DNA of 63,036 nucleotides, the filler included, from Syncephalis fuscata S228 (Eukaryota > Fungi > Zoopagomycota), in the NCBI GenBank assembly GCA_025786725.1. It is 3 parts of 3 records of this genome, joined end to end, with 100 filler letters (N's around TTAATTAATTAA, not from the genome) between each part and the next. Parts side by side here need not be neighbours in the genome. Positions count along the whole stretch, not along the records: positions 1 to 28,146 come from JAHLTZ010000099.1; 2 more parts are not named here. The stretch is one strand, 5' to 3'. Made by a program: the position numbers and the translations under genes. The notes beneath the pieces are model-generated. The model had not been told where the DNA came from. It did no database searches and saw only the letters and a program-made list of their open reading frames with translations. Positions 14,227 through 28,246 of the stretch are shown in pieces (the first letter of the stretch is position 1; each line of letters begins with the position of its first letter).

Positions 14227-15151
14227 TTGTCGAGCTCATCACGACTGATAATAAAGAAAATCAATGCATTAATTTTATTATAGATTTAGCGCATATAAAA
14301 CTAAAATACTTTGTAATTAGCTTAATTTATAGTGTATTACTGTGGAATTTTTTATCAGTGTTTAATTCAAATATAACAAAACATAGTTACTATTCCACTG
14401 TTTAAGTATAATAAGCAAAACAAATAGATTTGTAATTATGAACTTGCCTAGAGTAATAGTTGCTTTGTATTAATAATACTAAAAATATTGTTCTATAAAA
14501 TACATTGAAATAATATTTAGGTCAGCACTGTGTCTACTCAACTAGCTATTCAGATGAATAAGTAGATGTAATTGTTGGTATAGTAATATGGATTAGATAT
14601 TGATAAACACAAACTTATTGTGTGCAAATGAAACGACCATATTTATAGCTCGTGTAAATTGTTTGTATGCATTTGACGATTGTAAAATAATAACAATATT
14701 AAATTCTACAAATAGCATGTAGCAGAGTGGTAGATTTGATAGTAACTTTAATTATACTGAGGCTATAATTAAATTAATATATTAATTTTATTTGCATATT
14801 ACCGATGTTTTATTATTTATATTATCGCTAGCATATAGTATACAAGTTTGAATTTAAAATTAATAATGCGATAGTAAAAGCACAATATGTGCATTATTTA
14901 GTATTTTTATAAGCTGCTATAATAATTTGATTCAACACTAGCGCATATTCATCCATTAGTATTATTTTGCGCTATACTTTGATTTACGTAATGGAAAAAT
15001 AAAATGGCCAGTCGCGTAATTATAGTTTTAAACAAATTGATTAAAAATGGCGTCAATAACAGTAATAATTATCAATCAATAATACTAGTTATAATAATAC
15101 TAGTGTTTTAATATAAATGGCAATAGCATATTGTACAATGAATAGTAGATG

Positions 15152-16148
15152 TTAGTTATCAGCTAGTGAAAATTCATTGGCAGTCTCAGTTTGTGGGATA
15201 TTTGGCGTATGAGTGGTTTTTGGACAGCTGGACAAAGTGGCTCTTCGCGTACCATTACAATGCCGTATTAGAATAGTTGAGGAAGTTACCCTAGTTAGAG
15301 TTAGTATTGCCATTCTACTAGCAAAATTATTAACGTTCTTACCAATCAACAAGGACAAATATTTCGGATAAATCTCCAAATGCATCAAAAATAATAATTG
15401 CTCCACAAACTAGTTTGCATAACATCGCTAAACACATTACTTGAATGCCTTCACGTGCCAGCCTTCTCCAGGCGTCCGAGCCGAACATCCTGTACTGTTG
15501 GTGTGCAACGTAGGCAAAGATAGTTGTAAACATCAACTGGCTTGGTGCTTCAATGCCCATCCAGATCCATGGAAGATAGTATGGGTAGTAAAAGGTACAC
15601 CCACGCTTTAGGTCGATGAGTATCGGACAAATTGCCCACGTAATTATAGAAATTATTATTTGTGGCAAAATAAATATTATTCCAACTATAAGAACCCATC
15701 GTTTTCGAAGTAGAATTAAGTATGCCTTTTGTAGTATTATAGCACTGTTGCACATCGAAGAAATGGCAAGACCAAATGCCAAATACCAAATCGCCATTCG
15801 ACAAGTAAGATATATATAGGACATTGCTAACATAACACACATGACCCAGGTAATACCAAATATCGGCGATATGATACAAAACCAGCCTGAAAGCACGCGT
15901 GGGCGGCTTTTGATCATTTTAAAGGCAATGCCTAGATTATTGAAGAATATCCAGGCAAGAACGATATTAATGAGTACCTGTCTTTGTAAGCCTTCAAGGC
16001 AGTCTTTTGGCGTCTTGGTTTGTGACTCTCGCTCTATTAGAACCGAAGGATCTATCTCACCGAGCGGATGCAGCGGAATACCAAGCACATATGTGGCGTT
16101 TACTAGCCATTTTGTACCGAGCTGGTCGTTATTGTAAAAGACGGGCAT
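15152..16148 (-). CDS. Multi-pass (about 7 TM, GPCR-like) membrane protein of unknown function, 2 exons
   Basis: 269-aa ORF with successive hydrophobic helices; a short GT-AG intron after VDW joins in frame to VTSSTILIRHC...LADN*. Confidence 0.75.
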
Positions 16149-17511
16149 AGAATTAAAAACAAATGCAAATTTAAGGGCTAGAAAGTTGAGCTTGAAACAG
16201 AATTAATGTATATATGTGCCAGATAACTAACAAAATGTAAAAATACAAGGTTAAGTCTCAAGTTGCTAAGTAGTGCAACATGTAACTACCTCAGGCGCTA
16301 CCATCTCAATACAACGGTTGGTAATTAAATCAAGTACCTCGCATATTGGAGATATTCATTTATTTGGGGATACGCTAAGGCAAGACGCCCTATGCCTGCA
16401 TTTGGTTCATCATGCACGAGGCCACCAGTTGGATAATAGACATGCGTAGCCGATAAAACGATATCATAATTTGTACTGCATAAATGTCGACACCATTTAA
16501 CATCAAAACAGGAGTGTAGCACAGATAAATTAACGAACGCTTTTGGACAAAAACCATTACTGCAGTTACCGACTTTAATCGATTTTACTGAGCAGAAAGT
16601 GAATATTTCAGTATATCATTTACCGCTTATTCTTTGCATTGTACATTAAATGAAGCAATATGCATCCGCCATGCTACAGACATATACAGAAGTGGTGGGC
16701 ATGCTGCAGTAGCCAACCCTGCAAAAGGCTGAATTGGAAGTATAGGACTGTATTGCAGTGTGAAGACTAAGCGGCATATTCATTATGAAAATAGGCGAAT
16801 CACAAAGATAACAAAGAAATTGCTGCAAGGATGCAAGATCGGTACTGATAACCACATGGACAGGCAGAAACTGTACCACCAATGAGGTCTAGACCAAACA
16901 GATAGTTTTGTTTGTAGTTTTAAATAATTGCCCTTCATTAGTTTACAAGCTATGAACAACAGTCCATTGGTGGCAGGAATAATGCCGATAAACTTTGTCA
17001 ATGGTACTAAAAATAAGCACCTTAGTTTGATCGGCATGCGCAATGTAACAACAATACATTGTAGTTATAGATTATTGCTAAATAAAGCAGGTTTATATAT
17101 ATATGTAATAGTAATATGGTCTATTTAAATCATTAATTGTAACTTAATAATAATAACAAACAATTTTTTGTCACAAATATCACATACGTAGTATTAGTTA
17201 TTGCTCACAAGACATTATTCTTGAAAGTAATAAGTTTATATATTATGCAAAATATTGTAAATAGAAATTTCTTGGGTGGCAGTTCACCATAAATGCATGT
17301 TGATGCTTTGCAATACACGATCTAGCAAATGCTTGTGCAAATATTTCTAGCAATTATACGGTGCTACTGCAAACTACCGCATGATCTATAGATATAGACT
17401 GCCAAATAAAGTAATGCTGTATTGCGACAAGCACACATAATTGTAAGCTAGAATTTAGATATTATCCGTTAACTGAATAGATTCTGCGTAAGAATTTGAT
17501 ATGGTATTAGT

Positions 17512-19016
17512 TTATTTACTTTTACACAAGCATGATGGAGTTTTCCCGAGTATGCCGGCACAAAGATTTTCAACTGCTGTAACTGCCATTGCATTGCGTG
17601 TCTCATGCGTTGCACTAGCAATGTGTGGTACAACAATGCAGTTTTTTAGTAATAGTAATTCGTGATTTGCTGGCAATGGTTCGGGCACAGCTACATCCAA
17701 ACCGGCACCGTATAACCGGTTTTCTTTCAGTGCTCGCACAAGTCCATCTTGATCAATAACACCGCCACGTGCTGTATTTACCAATATTGATGACGATTTC
17801 ATTGCGCAGAATTCATTGTAGCCAAGTATATTGCGTGTTGTATTATTAAGACTACAGCAAACACAGAGAATGTCCGATTCTTTTAACAATGTATCCAGCG
17901 ACACAAATTCGCCATTGACCTCGTCTGCTTCTGGACGCGGCGAGTTACCGTGATACAAAATACGACCTACGTTGAATGCACGCAATCGTTTTGCCGTAGC
18001 CAAACCAATGCGTCCCATGCCAAGAATGCCGACAGTCTTGCCTCCGATGTGCATTCCTGATCATTTTTTCAGTTAATTTAATATTATATAAATTTAATTG
18101 CACTAACCTCGTATCCAACTCTGTAGCCATACTCCTTCCTTATAGTAATATTAATAACTGCAAACATCAACCCATTTAAAAAATACCTTTTCCATTCGTG
18201 CCGCATCAATGGCCTATTGCCAATGCATCAATAATAGGAATTGTGAACATATCATTTTCCTACCTCATTGAGCCTTCGAGCAACTGCCAATACCAGGGTA
18301 ACAGTAAGATCAGCACTGGCGTCAGTAAGCGCATCAGGTGTATTACATACGGTAATACCGTGAGTTTGAGCTGTTTCTACATCAATATGATCAAAGCCGG
18401 CCGACATGGTTGATACAATCTAAATAAGCGTTAATCCAGCTATTTTCTAGCGTATTGTACTAATCAGCATACTTTTAAGCTGGTTCCTTATTATTTAAAA
18501 AGTATGTTTGGTATTAGTGATAATGTTTAGATCAAACAATATGATGGAGCTGCGTACCTGCATATGTAAGTACTTCTTTATTGATCGGCAAATCTACTTT
18601 GCATAGTATACCGTTTACGCCTGTAAGTAACAAGGCCATTAAATTAGATCTACGTATATGATGCGCTAATAAAAGCACGCTACCTTTTTTTAACAGTTCA
18701 TAAAATGTTTGCTGTGAAATAATTTGTTCATGCTCCCATTGCTCAATGATCCATCCGTATTTCCTATTTATTTGTTAATAATGGTAATAATTCATTTATA
18801 TTCTTACCTTGCCCTCTCATTCAGCAGTTTCTGTCCTTCATGTGGAAGCGGAAATGTAACTACTATCCGCTGTGTATTTTGAATTGGCGATCGTTTAATT
18901 CTTGATGATTTACAATTTGTAAGTGATCTGCTAAAAGGTACGAGTATATCGCGTGCCAGAAGAATGTTTGATTGACCGAAAGTACCGGTGATTTGCTTGG
19001 TGCTTATTTCTTCCAT
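17512..19016 (-). CDS. D-isomer-specific 2-hydroxyacid dehydrogenase (glyoxylate/hydroxypyruvate reductase-like), copy 1
   Basis: [57 protein letters not shown]. Confidence 0.9.
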
Positions 19017-19613
19017 TTTAAAGAGTTATAATAGTAATATTGTGTATTAAATTGCTGATCTGAACGGTAAGAAAATCATGCTAAAGCGTAGACGTAGACA
19101 AAACTCCACATACCTAACTGCTTTTAAATTAATCTCATCAATAAATAGCCTCTTTGCATTAAGCATATGCGCGAGATATCCAATGCCTCAGGGGCAATAC
19201 CAAGTCTATGTAAACTAAGGCTTCGCTAGGGGTAGCGTTAAGGAGATTGATTGTCTGATATTGTGGCGTACCAAATCACAGTCATTAAGATTTGACTATA
19301 CGGGTGTGTAGTTTAATGCATTCTATTGTTATGCAGTAGTGACCATTAATCGAATATAAAAGCATTTACATTACATTGCATGTATTTATTTAGCAATGCT
19401 TTAAAAATGGCCAATTGTTTTATTGAACATTACATAATGTTTGCAATGATTTTTATGCAAATTTGTCTACTAACATATGCAAAAATGCTAACAATATTTA
19501 TTTAAATAATAGTATAGATAGTTAGAATAATAGCTAAATAATAAAATCATATACTCAATGAAATTATTAAACTTTTAAATGGTTTATAATAAAACATATG
19601 TACATGGCATTGA

Positions 19614-21067
19614 TTACAATGAATAAGGTAATGGTTTTGCCATTAATCCAGCGCAAAGATTTTCAACAGCAGTAACCGCCATTGTGTTGCGTGTCTCGTG
19701 CGTTGCACTAGCAATGTGCGGTACAACAATGCAATTTTTTAACGACAATAACTCATGATTTGCCGGCAATGGCTCAGGTATTGCTACATCTAGACCGGCA
19801 CCGCATATCTGGCCTTCTTTCAGTGCTCGTACAAGTCCATCTTGATCAATAACACCGCCACGTGCTGTATTTACCAATATTGATGACGATTTCATTGTGC
19901 AGAATTCATTGTAGCCAAGTATATTGCGTGTTGTATTATTAAGACTACAGCAAACACAGAGAATGTCCGATTCTTTTAACAATGTATCCAGCGACACAAA
20001 TTCACCATTGACCTCGTCTGCTTCTGGACGCGGCGAGTTACCGTGATACAAAATACGACCTACGTTGAATGCACGCAATCGTTTTGCCGTAGCCAAACCA
20101 ATGCGTCCCATGCCAAGAATGCCGACGGTTTTGCCTCCGATGTGTGTTCCTATTTAATGAATATTAGTTATGTTACAGCATCACTAAATTTTCATACCCA
20201 AAATCCAGCTTTGCTCCCAAGTTCCTGGCTAAGTTATTTAAAAAATGTTAAAAGCGGTGTAAAATAATTACAGTTGTATACTTACTCTGCCTTCACGCAC
20301 AGCATCAATGGCCTGAATGATAATGACAGTTAATGTATATTTTAGTTACTTTTTATTATTACCTCGTTTAGTCTGCGTGCAGTAGCCAATACTAGCGTCA
20401 CTGTCATATCTGCGCTGGCATCTGTAAGAGCGTCGGGAGTGTATCCTACTTGGATGTTACGCTTTTTGGCAGCTTTTAGATCAATATGATCATAACCGAC
20501 CGACATGGTCGAAACCACCTATTGATTAGCCAATTTAGCTAGCCTACACTTTATTGAACGTGCTTCGAATCTATTATACCTTCAGTTCGTTTCCTGCATT
20601 GACGTCAATAGGAAGAAACCAAGCTATATAAAAAACACTTACCTGCCTCGTAAAACATATCGTTTCCAATAGGTACGCCTAGTTTACAAATAATTCCATT
20701 TGGTTTACTTGCAGACAGGGCAAGTAGAAGATTGCAGGGAATCGTTGTATCTTTTCTCCATTGTATCAGAGACCAGCCATGCTGCCTATCACTACTGTTA
20801 GCATAACTAGATTATCGAGTATTTTGGCACTTGCTTCACTCTGTCCTCCAAAACACGCTGGCCATCAGGTGGAAGGTAGTAAGTGGCTAGAATGCGCGGG
20901 CTACTGGGTTTACTTCCGGGCGTAACATGAACATATTTGGACAAATCCTCAGCTTGAAGTAGCAGATCTGGTGGTGTTGCAATATGCGCAATAGATAGCT
21001 CTTTGGTCGTTATGTCATGCTGTAAAATGATATCGAGAACGCTTGGTGTTTGTGTTGTGTGCTTCAT
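19614..21067 (-). CDS. D-2-hydroxyacid dehydrogenase, copy 2 (N-terminal extension)
   Basis: Same motif set ([40 protein letters not shown]); intact spliced frame. Confidence 0.88.
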
Positions 21068-21402
21068 ATTGGTGAAATATATTACCACTGAACGATGTGT
21101 TTGCAAAAAAACAGCTAAACGCTTTCGCAAATTTATACTAAAGCTTTTGCAATAACTTATTTTAAATATGAAGGCTTAGTAACCATTGCCAAGTTATACA
21201 AAATATAGATAACGCTGATACTCATGTTATTTAAATTTATTGGCTCGGCAATTTACACGAAATTAAATAAATTTAGTATTTGCCAGCAATAAGTTGGGCT
21301 GAAGTAAAAGCCGGTCTATTTAGTTTCGCTTGGTTTATAAAATAATTACAACGTTTTTAAATTGTATCAATTTTGCCTTGATATAGGCTTATTGGCGGTT
21401 TA

Positions 21403-22644
21403 TTATAGCCGACATATTAATGAGCTCCAGAAACACCAGCACAGAGATTCTCCACAGTTAGTATAGCCATTTCATTATAAGTTTCAACAGTGGCACTACC
21501 AATATGTGAAAGTACTGTGCAATTTTAAGACTTAGTAGGGGATAATTGGGCGGCAATGGCTCGGGAGTGGTGATGTCCAAGCCAGCCGCAGCAATACTCA
21601 GCTCCTTAAGTACGCGCAATAGTCCATCCTGTTCAATGATGCCACCACGGGCTGTATTCACAATGATAGATGTTGATTTTATTTAGCAGAAATTATTTTA
21701 GCAGCTGCTTATACAAAACAATTTCACTATTCATTTCAGTTACTTCAGGCCATGGTGCGCAATTATAATAAATAATACGGTTTATTCCAAATGTTCCCAT
21801 TTCTTTGCTGTTGCCAAACTAATACGGCCATACTAAATACACTTAAAGTTTTGCCGCCAAGATCTATTCCTATGGCGATAGTTAGAACAGATGCTATTCA
21901 CACTAGATGACGTACCAAGAAGCCATGTTGCATTTCCTAAGACCCACGACAATCGGCTTACAAATTAACTATTATTAATAAATTGGATTACAAATGACTT
22001 ACTGTTCCATTTTTCACGGCATCGATTGCCTATCATTTACAAATAATTGTCACCATCTTGGCATTAGCTGTATTAGTGTAATCACCTTATCCAAGCGATG
22101 AGACACGGCTAATGCCAATGTCACGAGCAGATTGGCCGTAGCATCAGTCAGTACATCTGGTGTATGGCCAACTTAAATACCGCATTGTTTCACATACTCA
22201 AAATTAATGTTCATAGCCCACGGCTATTGTAGATATCACCTAAAATAGCATGTGAAGTAGCAGCATCTTACAGTTAATCGATATTCTGACCTTTAATCGC
22301 TCACTTATATCTACTCTATTAGCTATTATAGCAGTTTATATTCTACTGCCTACCAGCAAGCTTAATTAACTTTTTATCAATAGTATTTGCTCCTCTGTAT
22401 ACTATTTCATCAACTCATTAAAACTATATTAAAATCAGCACAAAGATACACATATATTATTTGCCTGGTGTCACTACGTTGAATAATTTTTTACAAGTCA
22501 TTGGTGTTGCATTTTGAATTGGTTCCCAGCCATGTTCACTATTCAATGATTAAATGGTTTTTTAGCGTAAATGTCACTTGCATATTTTTCATGCATTTTC
22601 TGCCCAGCCTATGCTAAAATAGAATTTGCTACGATACGTATCAT
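21403..22644 (-). pseudogene. D-2-hydroxyacid dehydrogenase, copy 3 (pseudogene, closest to copy 4)
   Basis: Collinear with copy 4, including introns, but has in-frame stops (CAA>TAA near 22174; TGC TAA near 21684), frameshifts and a deletion in the DILCICCSL region. Confidence 0.85.
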
Positions 22645-23009
22645 TGTTGCTAGTTTGCAGATATATGAAAGTAAAAGCAAAGAGATATAAGTTTTACAAT
22701 AGTTAAACCAATGCAAATATTTTATTTAAAGTAACGCTGTAATTCAATAGTGGCTGCTACACGAATTACAGTTTTGAAGCAGGTAAAGCAACAAAGCAAC
22801 GCTTATAAATAAATACAACTTTTTAAAAATATGCTAAAACTTATTATTTTCTATCTAAATGCAAAATAGCGTTTGGAATATGGCAAAGTTTAGAATATGA
22901 AGCTGAATGTGAGAAAAGTTAATAATTACTAAATATAATAATAACTATATTAACAAAATATGTTGTGATAAGATCTAGCTAAATGCTAATAAAAATCATT
23001 AACAGTTTA

Positions 23010-24334
23010 TTATAGTCCACGTATTACTGGGGATCCAGAAACACCAGCACAGAGATTCTCCACAGTTAGTATAGCCATTTCATTGCGAGTTTCAACAGTG
23101 GCACTACCAATATGTGGCAATACTATGCAATTTTTGAGACTTAGTAGGGGATGACTGGGCGACAATGGCTCGGGAGTGGTGACGTCCAAGCCTGCTGCAC
23201 CAATCTTCTTTTCTTCAAGTGCACGCACCAATCCATCCTGCTCAATAATGCCACCACGAGCTGTATTCACAACGATAGATGTTGATTTCATCTGACAGAA
23301 TTGTTCGTATCCTAGCATGTGCTTGGTACTTTCAGTGAGACTGCAGCAAATACACAGAATATCCGATTGTTTTAGTAGCTGCTCAAACGAAACAAGTTCG
23401 CCATCCACCTCCGCTGCATAGGAACTTGATGAGCGATTATAGTAAATAACACGATTCATGCCAAATGCCTTCAGCCTTTTTGCTGTTGCCAAACCAATAC
23501 GCCCCATACCAAGTATGCCTAGTGTTTTGCCACGAAGTTCCATTCCTATGGCAATAGTTAGGATAGATGCTATTTATAATAGGTAGCATACCAAGAAGCC
23601 ATGTTGGATCCCATGTCGTCCACTGCAGTCAGCTTGTAGATTAATTGCTATTAATAAGTTGGATTACAAATGACTTACTGTTCCATTTCTCACGGCATCA
23701 ATTGCCTATCATTTACAATTGTTATTATTTGATAATAGCTATACTAACACACTTACCTCGCCCAAGCGGCGACATATAGCCAGTGTCAATGCCACGGTCA
23801 GATCGGCCGTAGCATCAGTCAGCACATCTGGTGTATGGCCAACTTGAACACCGCACTGTTTTGCATACTCAAGATCAATGTGATCATAGCCCACACTAAG
23901 TGTAGCTATAACCTAAAGTACGATGTAAAACAAAAAGCATTCCACACTCGACCAATACACTAACCTTTAGTTGTTGACCTATATTCATCTTATTAATTAT
24001 AATAGCAACTTTATATCCTACTACTCACCAGCAAGGTCTATAATCTTTTTATCAATAGTATTTGATGATTTGCACACTATTCCATCGACTCCTTAAGTTC
24101 ATACTGAGATCAATACATACAAATAGAAAAAGATATACATATTATTTACCTAAAGCCACTGCTTCAGCTATTCGTTCATAAGTCATTGCAGTGCTGTCTT
24201 GAATTACTTCCCAGTTGCGTTCACTATTCAATAGTTAAACAGTTTTCTTAGTAAAATGTCACTTACCTTGCATATTTTTCAAACAACTCCTGTCCAGCTG
24301 GGGGCAGTATATAAGTTGCTACGACGCGAACCAT
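23010..24334 (-). CDS. D-2-hydroxyacid dehydrogenase, copy 4
   Basis: MVRVVATYILPPAG start; [63 protein letters not shown]. Confidence 0.92.
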
Positions 24335-24691
24335 TGTCGGTAATATGTTGGTATGTGAAAATAGAAAATAGAAAATGTTACGACAATTAAATCAATAAAC
24401 GTACGTCATCGTTTACATTTAGTTCAAGATGGTGCTACATATAATTCGTATGACATTTGCTGTTGATGCAAATTAAATATAGATGCAAGAGTCGTACTTT
24501 GTTCTTGTTATTGCCGTAGAAAAGCATCGAATGTGTATATTAGCTATAGATTATATTGTATTTTCATGTTAAACAGTCAGCAAACCACTGTATCATCTGT
24601 TATTTTGCAATCATTTCTTATAAATATAATTCACTGTAACATCAAACATTTAAAATTTACTAATACATAAAAAAGATAGTGCTGTAGCCGT

Positions 24692-25951
24692 TTATTTGCC
24701 GATAATGCCTGCAGAGAATCCTGTTTGGAATTTAAAAATAACACCCGGCCAGCACCAGCCAGCAGTAGGCAACAGTGCTAGCACGGATGGTAATATAATA
24801 CGTATATCCATTGTTATAAAAGTATGTATTGGGTCAACATGGGCCAATATGAGATGATAGGCAACAATAGGCAATATGCTAATTATATTTGCCAATAATA
24901 TCTTGATTTGTAGCCTTTTTCTCTCTACAATATCGCCTCGTATAGCCCAGACGTTACTGTAATCGACAATCATCCATATACATATCGTCAATCCGGTCAG
25001 CAGACAAATTGTAACCAGCCAAGCACCAATCATTTGCATTAACGAAGCATCCAATGTATACACCGTGCCGAGTGTTCCTTGCGAAGCCGCAAGTGCAATT
25101 TTTCGAATTAGTAACGCGGTGCCACTGATGTACAGTATTGTGCCAATTAAGTTACCGGCAAGGCAGCGTAGTAAAGGCCCTTAGCCGCTGCATAAACTCT
25201 ACTGGATAGCTCATCTTTAGTCGATAGCGCCCTAATTGATAAATTATATTAGCTATTTATTAAGTTAGAATTAAGCAACCTACCACCAACGTAATAGTAG
25301 TAAATTAAGAAGTACAAGCAATGACGTAGATAGCTGCTGTATAGCATCCGACCATTCTACCATCGGAACTATTTGTACTTCTTTTTTGCCATTGTTTTGT
25401 GTATTGCTATCATACATTGGTGGAGTAACAGTTGGTTTGATAATTGGATGAAGGGTCAATACTTTGGTTGGGGGTGGTTGTACCGCTGGATTAACTGCAT
25501 TATCGAACTGACGTCGTACGAATTGAGGCTGCCAGGTGTCTTTTGACGATAAAGTTTCATCCAGTTTCAATCGGGATGCGCCCTTGGCTGATGCCAACTG
25601 AAAACTATCTGTATTTCTCAAAATCTTATTGACGATTGCTGGCGGTTTTTGTTCATTTGAAAGGGCCGGATCTGCAAAATTTGATTTTGCTTCCGCGTTA
25701 GCTACAGCATTCGGACTTGCGTTAATATCCGTAAACAGTACAATAACTGACGCCGTAATACGAGCTAGATGAATAAAACTGTATTAGTAAAAAAGATTGC
25801 ATTATTGCTTGCTAGTAATTATTTACCAAATATCAGTAGTGCTAATAATAATAGACATACAGTTTTTTATGTCGGTAGAATAGCATATGGGCAGAGCCAA
25901 TAATGCCGTGTAGATGCACGTTGCCACCAATGGAACAATGTTGAGGGCCAT
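24692..25951 (-). CDS. Multi-pass membrane protein of unknown function (multi-exon)
   Basis: Hydrophobic N-terminus MALNIVPLVATCIY..., Pro-rich loop and hydrophobic C-terminal ORF 24692-25063; joining them needs GT-AG introns, one only 31 nt long. Confidence 0.55.
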
Positions 25952-28146
25952 TTGTAGCAAGCGTTTTTAGTACGTAAATATCGTTAATATGGCTTAGATG
26001 GAAGAGTAATAATATGTGCTAGTTAATTGATATCGCCTTGGTTTAAATCATAAAGTAATTGCCGCGGCTGTCTGGGCCTCCACACAGTAGCACCCGTGGA
26101 TAAAATTGCGTAATGTTTTATCGTAAAAAAATAAAAAAGATATTGTTGAACACGAGACGGAAAAGGAAAGAAAAACGTGCACACTGCACCTAACTGAATG
26201 GAAAGTGGAAAGCTGGCGAGAGCGCTATCTACGTGGCGTAAAGAAAGGAGAGTGTGAGAATTTGACTTGAACTTCCAGCCGGAGGTGTTCTTGCTGATTA
26301 TATATCATCAAAGTGCAACAGGAGATGGTAGCACGTTATGAGAATCCATTGCCTTTTTCCGGCAAAAAATATATTTTTTAGGAGTTGTATAGTATATATG
26401 TAAATGTACACGTGTAACTAATTTAAAACAGATGGAAACTGGCCAATTCGCTTGATATTTACCATTAGTAGCACGGCAATCAAAAAAAGCAACAAGGCAA
26501 CAGTCCTTAGAACTATTTTAGTACAGGGACAGCTTTAAAACACCGTAGAAATCGATAGATAGTTTGTGTATTACATGATGTCATGATTTAATCAATAACA
26601 ACACTATAAATCGTCGTTACATATAAATAAATTTATATTTCAATCACAGCTTATCTAGATTGAATTAATGGAAAGCATAAGTACCATTTCAGTTATTAAA
26701 AAACATGTTAGTGACTGCGAAATCTTATTATCTTGACCCCCATATTAACTTGTTAAATTAATTGAATTTATTAGCTATTTATTATCATTTTGAGGATTGC
26801 GTAATTATTTAATGGCATTCGTTTTATTGAACATGATGGCGGGTGGTGAATGACATTAGTTATCAAAATACTTATCTTTAATTATCCAGTACGTATATAT
26901 CCTATATATCTATTGTTATGCCTATACTACTATATATCATTTTATGCCATGTGTAGAAAGATTAATCAAATATTAATAAAAGCCATTGATTGCGATTCCA
27001 TATCGTTCCGCAGTTGTTATTGTTGTTACTAAGTAGAGTGTGGTTTTTTCTATTTTCCAATCTTCTACCGTTGCATTTTGGGCATATCTACAATGTAAGA
27101 TACTTGTCTATGATGGCAGGGAAGGTAGGACGACTAACATTTCTGATATTCACCATTCTCTTAAGCATTCTTAGTATTAACTTGGTAGGCACAGTTTATT
27201 TGTCTACCATTGATGAAGCAAATGGCCTCCACCATATGCAATAATGATAGGTTGAGTGTCTTCACCAGGAAGATCTTGTGGCGACAGTTGTAACTAGAAT
27301 ATACGGCATGCCGTTGAGGTTACTTGAACAGATGTTAATGTAAAATAAGAGAAATAAAGCCTAGAGACTGAATAACGTTCTTTATTAATGTTCAAATATG
27401 CATGTTACTTATATTGTTATATTCGGCATTATTATATAATATATTACCGAATAGAACAATAAAATAGTAATAAAAAATGGTGAAAGGAGTAAATAAAAGA
27501 TATGGAAGGCAAAGTACAGTAAAACCATTAAGTCTATTTAATACCAAAGCCGTTGTTATAAAACATACTACCAATAAACTACTAAGTGTAATAAAAATGC
27601 AATCAAGCCAATGTTTCTTAAAGACAAGTGTAGTCATAGAAGGTGTCATTATTAAAATAATGAAATATAGTCATATTATAGACGATGAAGCAATAGACCA
27701 ATGATTTATATGAATGAATAAATAATGCGATGTTAATACCAGCAGAAACATGCACTGTATATTCAGTACAATGGCCAGTGGTGAACCAAGGTCTTCTAAT
27801 TTCTTACTATCTATTAGTATAAGAAATCAAACTGACACTGTTGCATCAACATTACAATCAAATGTAGCATTTTATTGTAAGTAGCATGGAATACTATTTA
27901 ACATTTATTAACAAATATTAAGTATAGAAAATAGTGCAGATTAATTAAAACTTTGATTAATTCAATCGGAGTTGATATGGCACTGCTTCAACAAACCACT
28001 TCTCAGTAGTAAAAGCTGATTGACGATTTAATATTCAAATTATTGATCTCTTTGTCCCAGTTTAAAGCTAGGGCTCAAAGAAAATAGATTAATAATGATT
28101 ACTGTCCCCACACACACAACGATAACACTATTGGTGTTATGATGTT

Positions 28147-28246
28147 NNNNNNNNNNNNNNNNNNNNNNNNNNNNNNNNNNNNNNNNNNNNTTAATTAATT
28201 AANNNNNNNNNNNNNNNNNNNNNNNNNNNNNNNNNNNNNNNNNNNN
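28147..28246. other. Artificial contig linker
   Basis: N44-TTAATTAATTAA-N44, which has stops in all six frames. Confidence 0.97.

Noticed and set aside
6422-24334. Metabolic cluster of pyruvate carboxylase plus the dehydrogenases
   Set aside because: They are separated by unrelated housekeeping genes, and there is no evidence beyond proximity.
26850-28146. Short hydrophobic ORFs
   Set aside because: AT-rich, with no recognisable motifs.
28147-28246. TTAATTAATTAA palindrome within Ns (also 57007-57106)
   Set aside because: Artificial linker; adjacency across it has no biological meaning.
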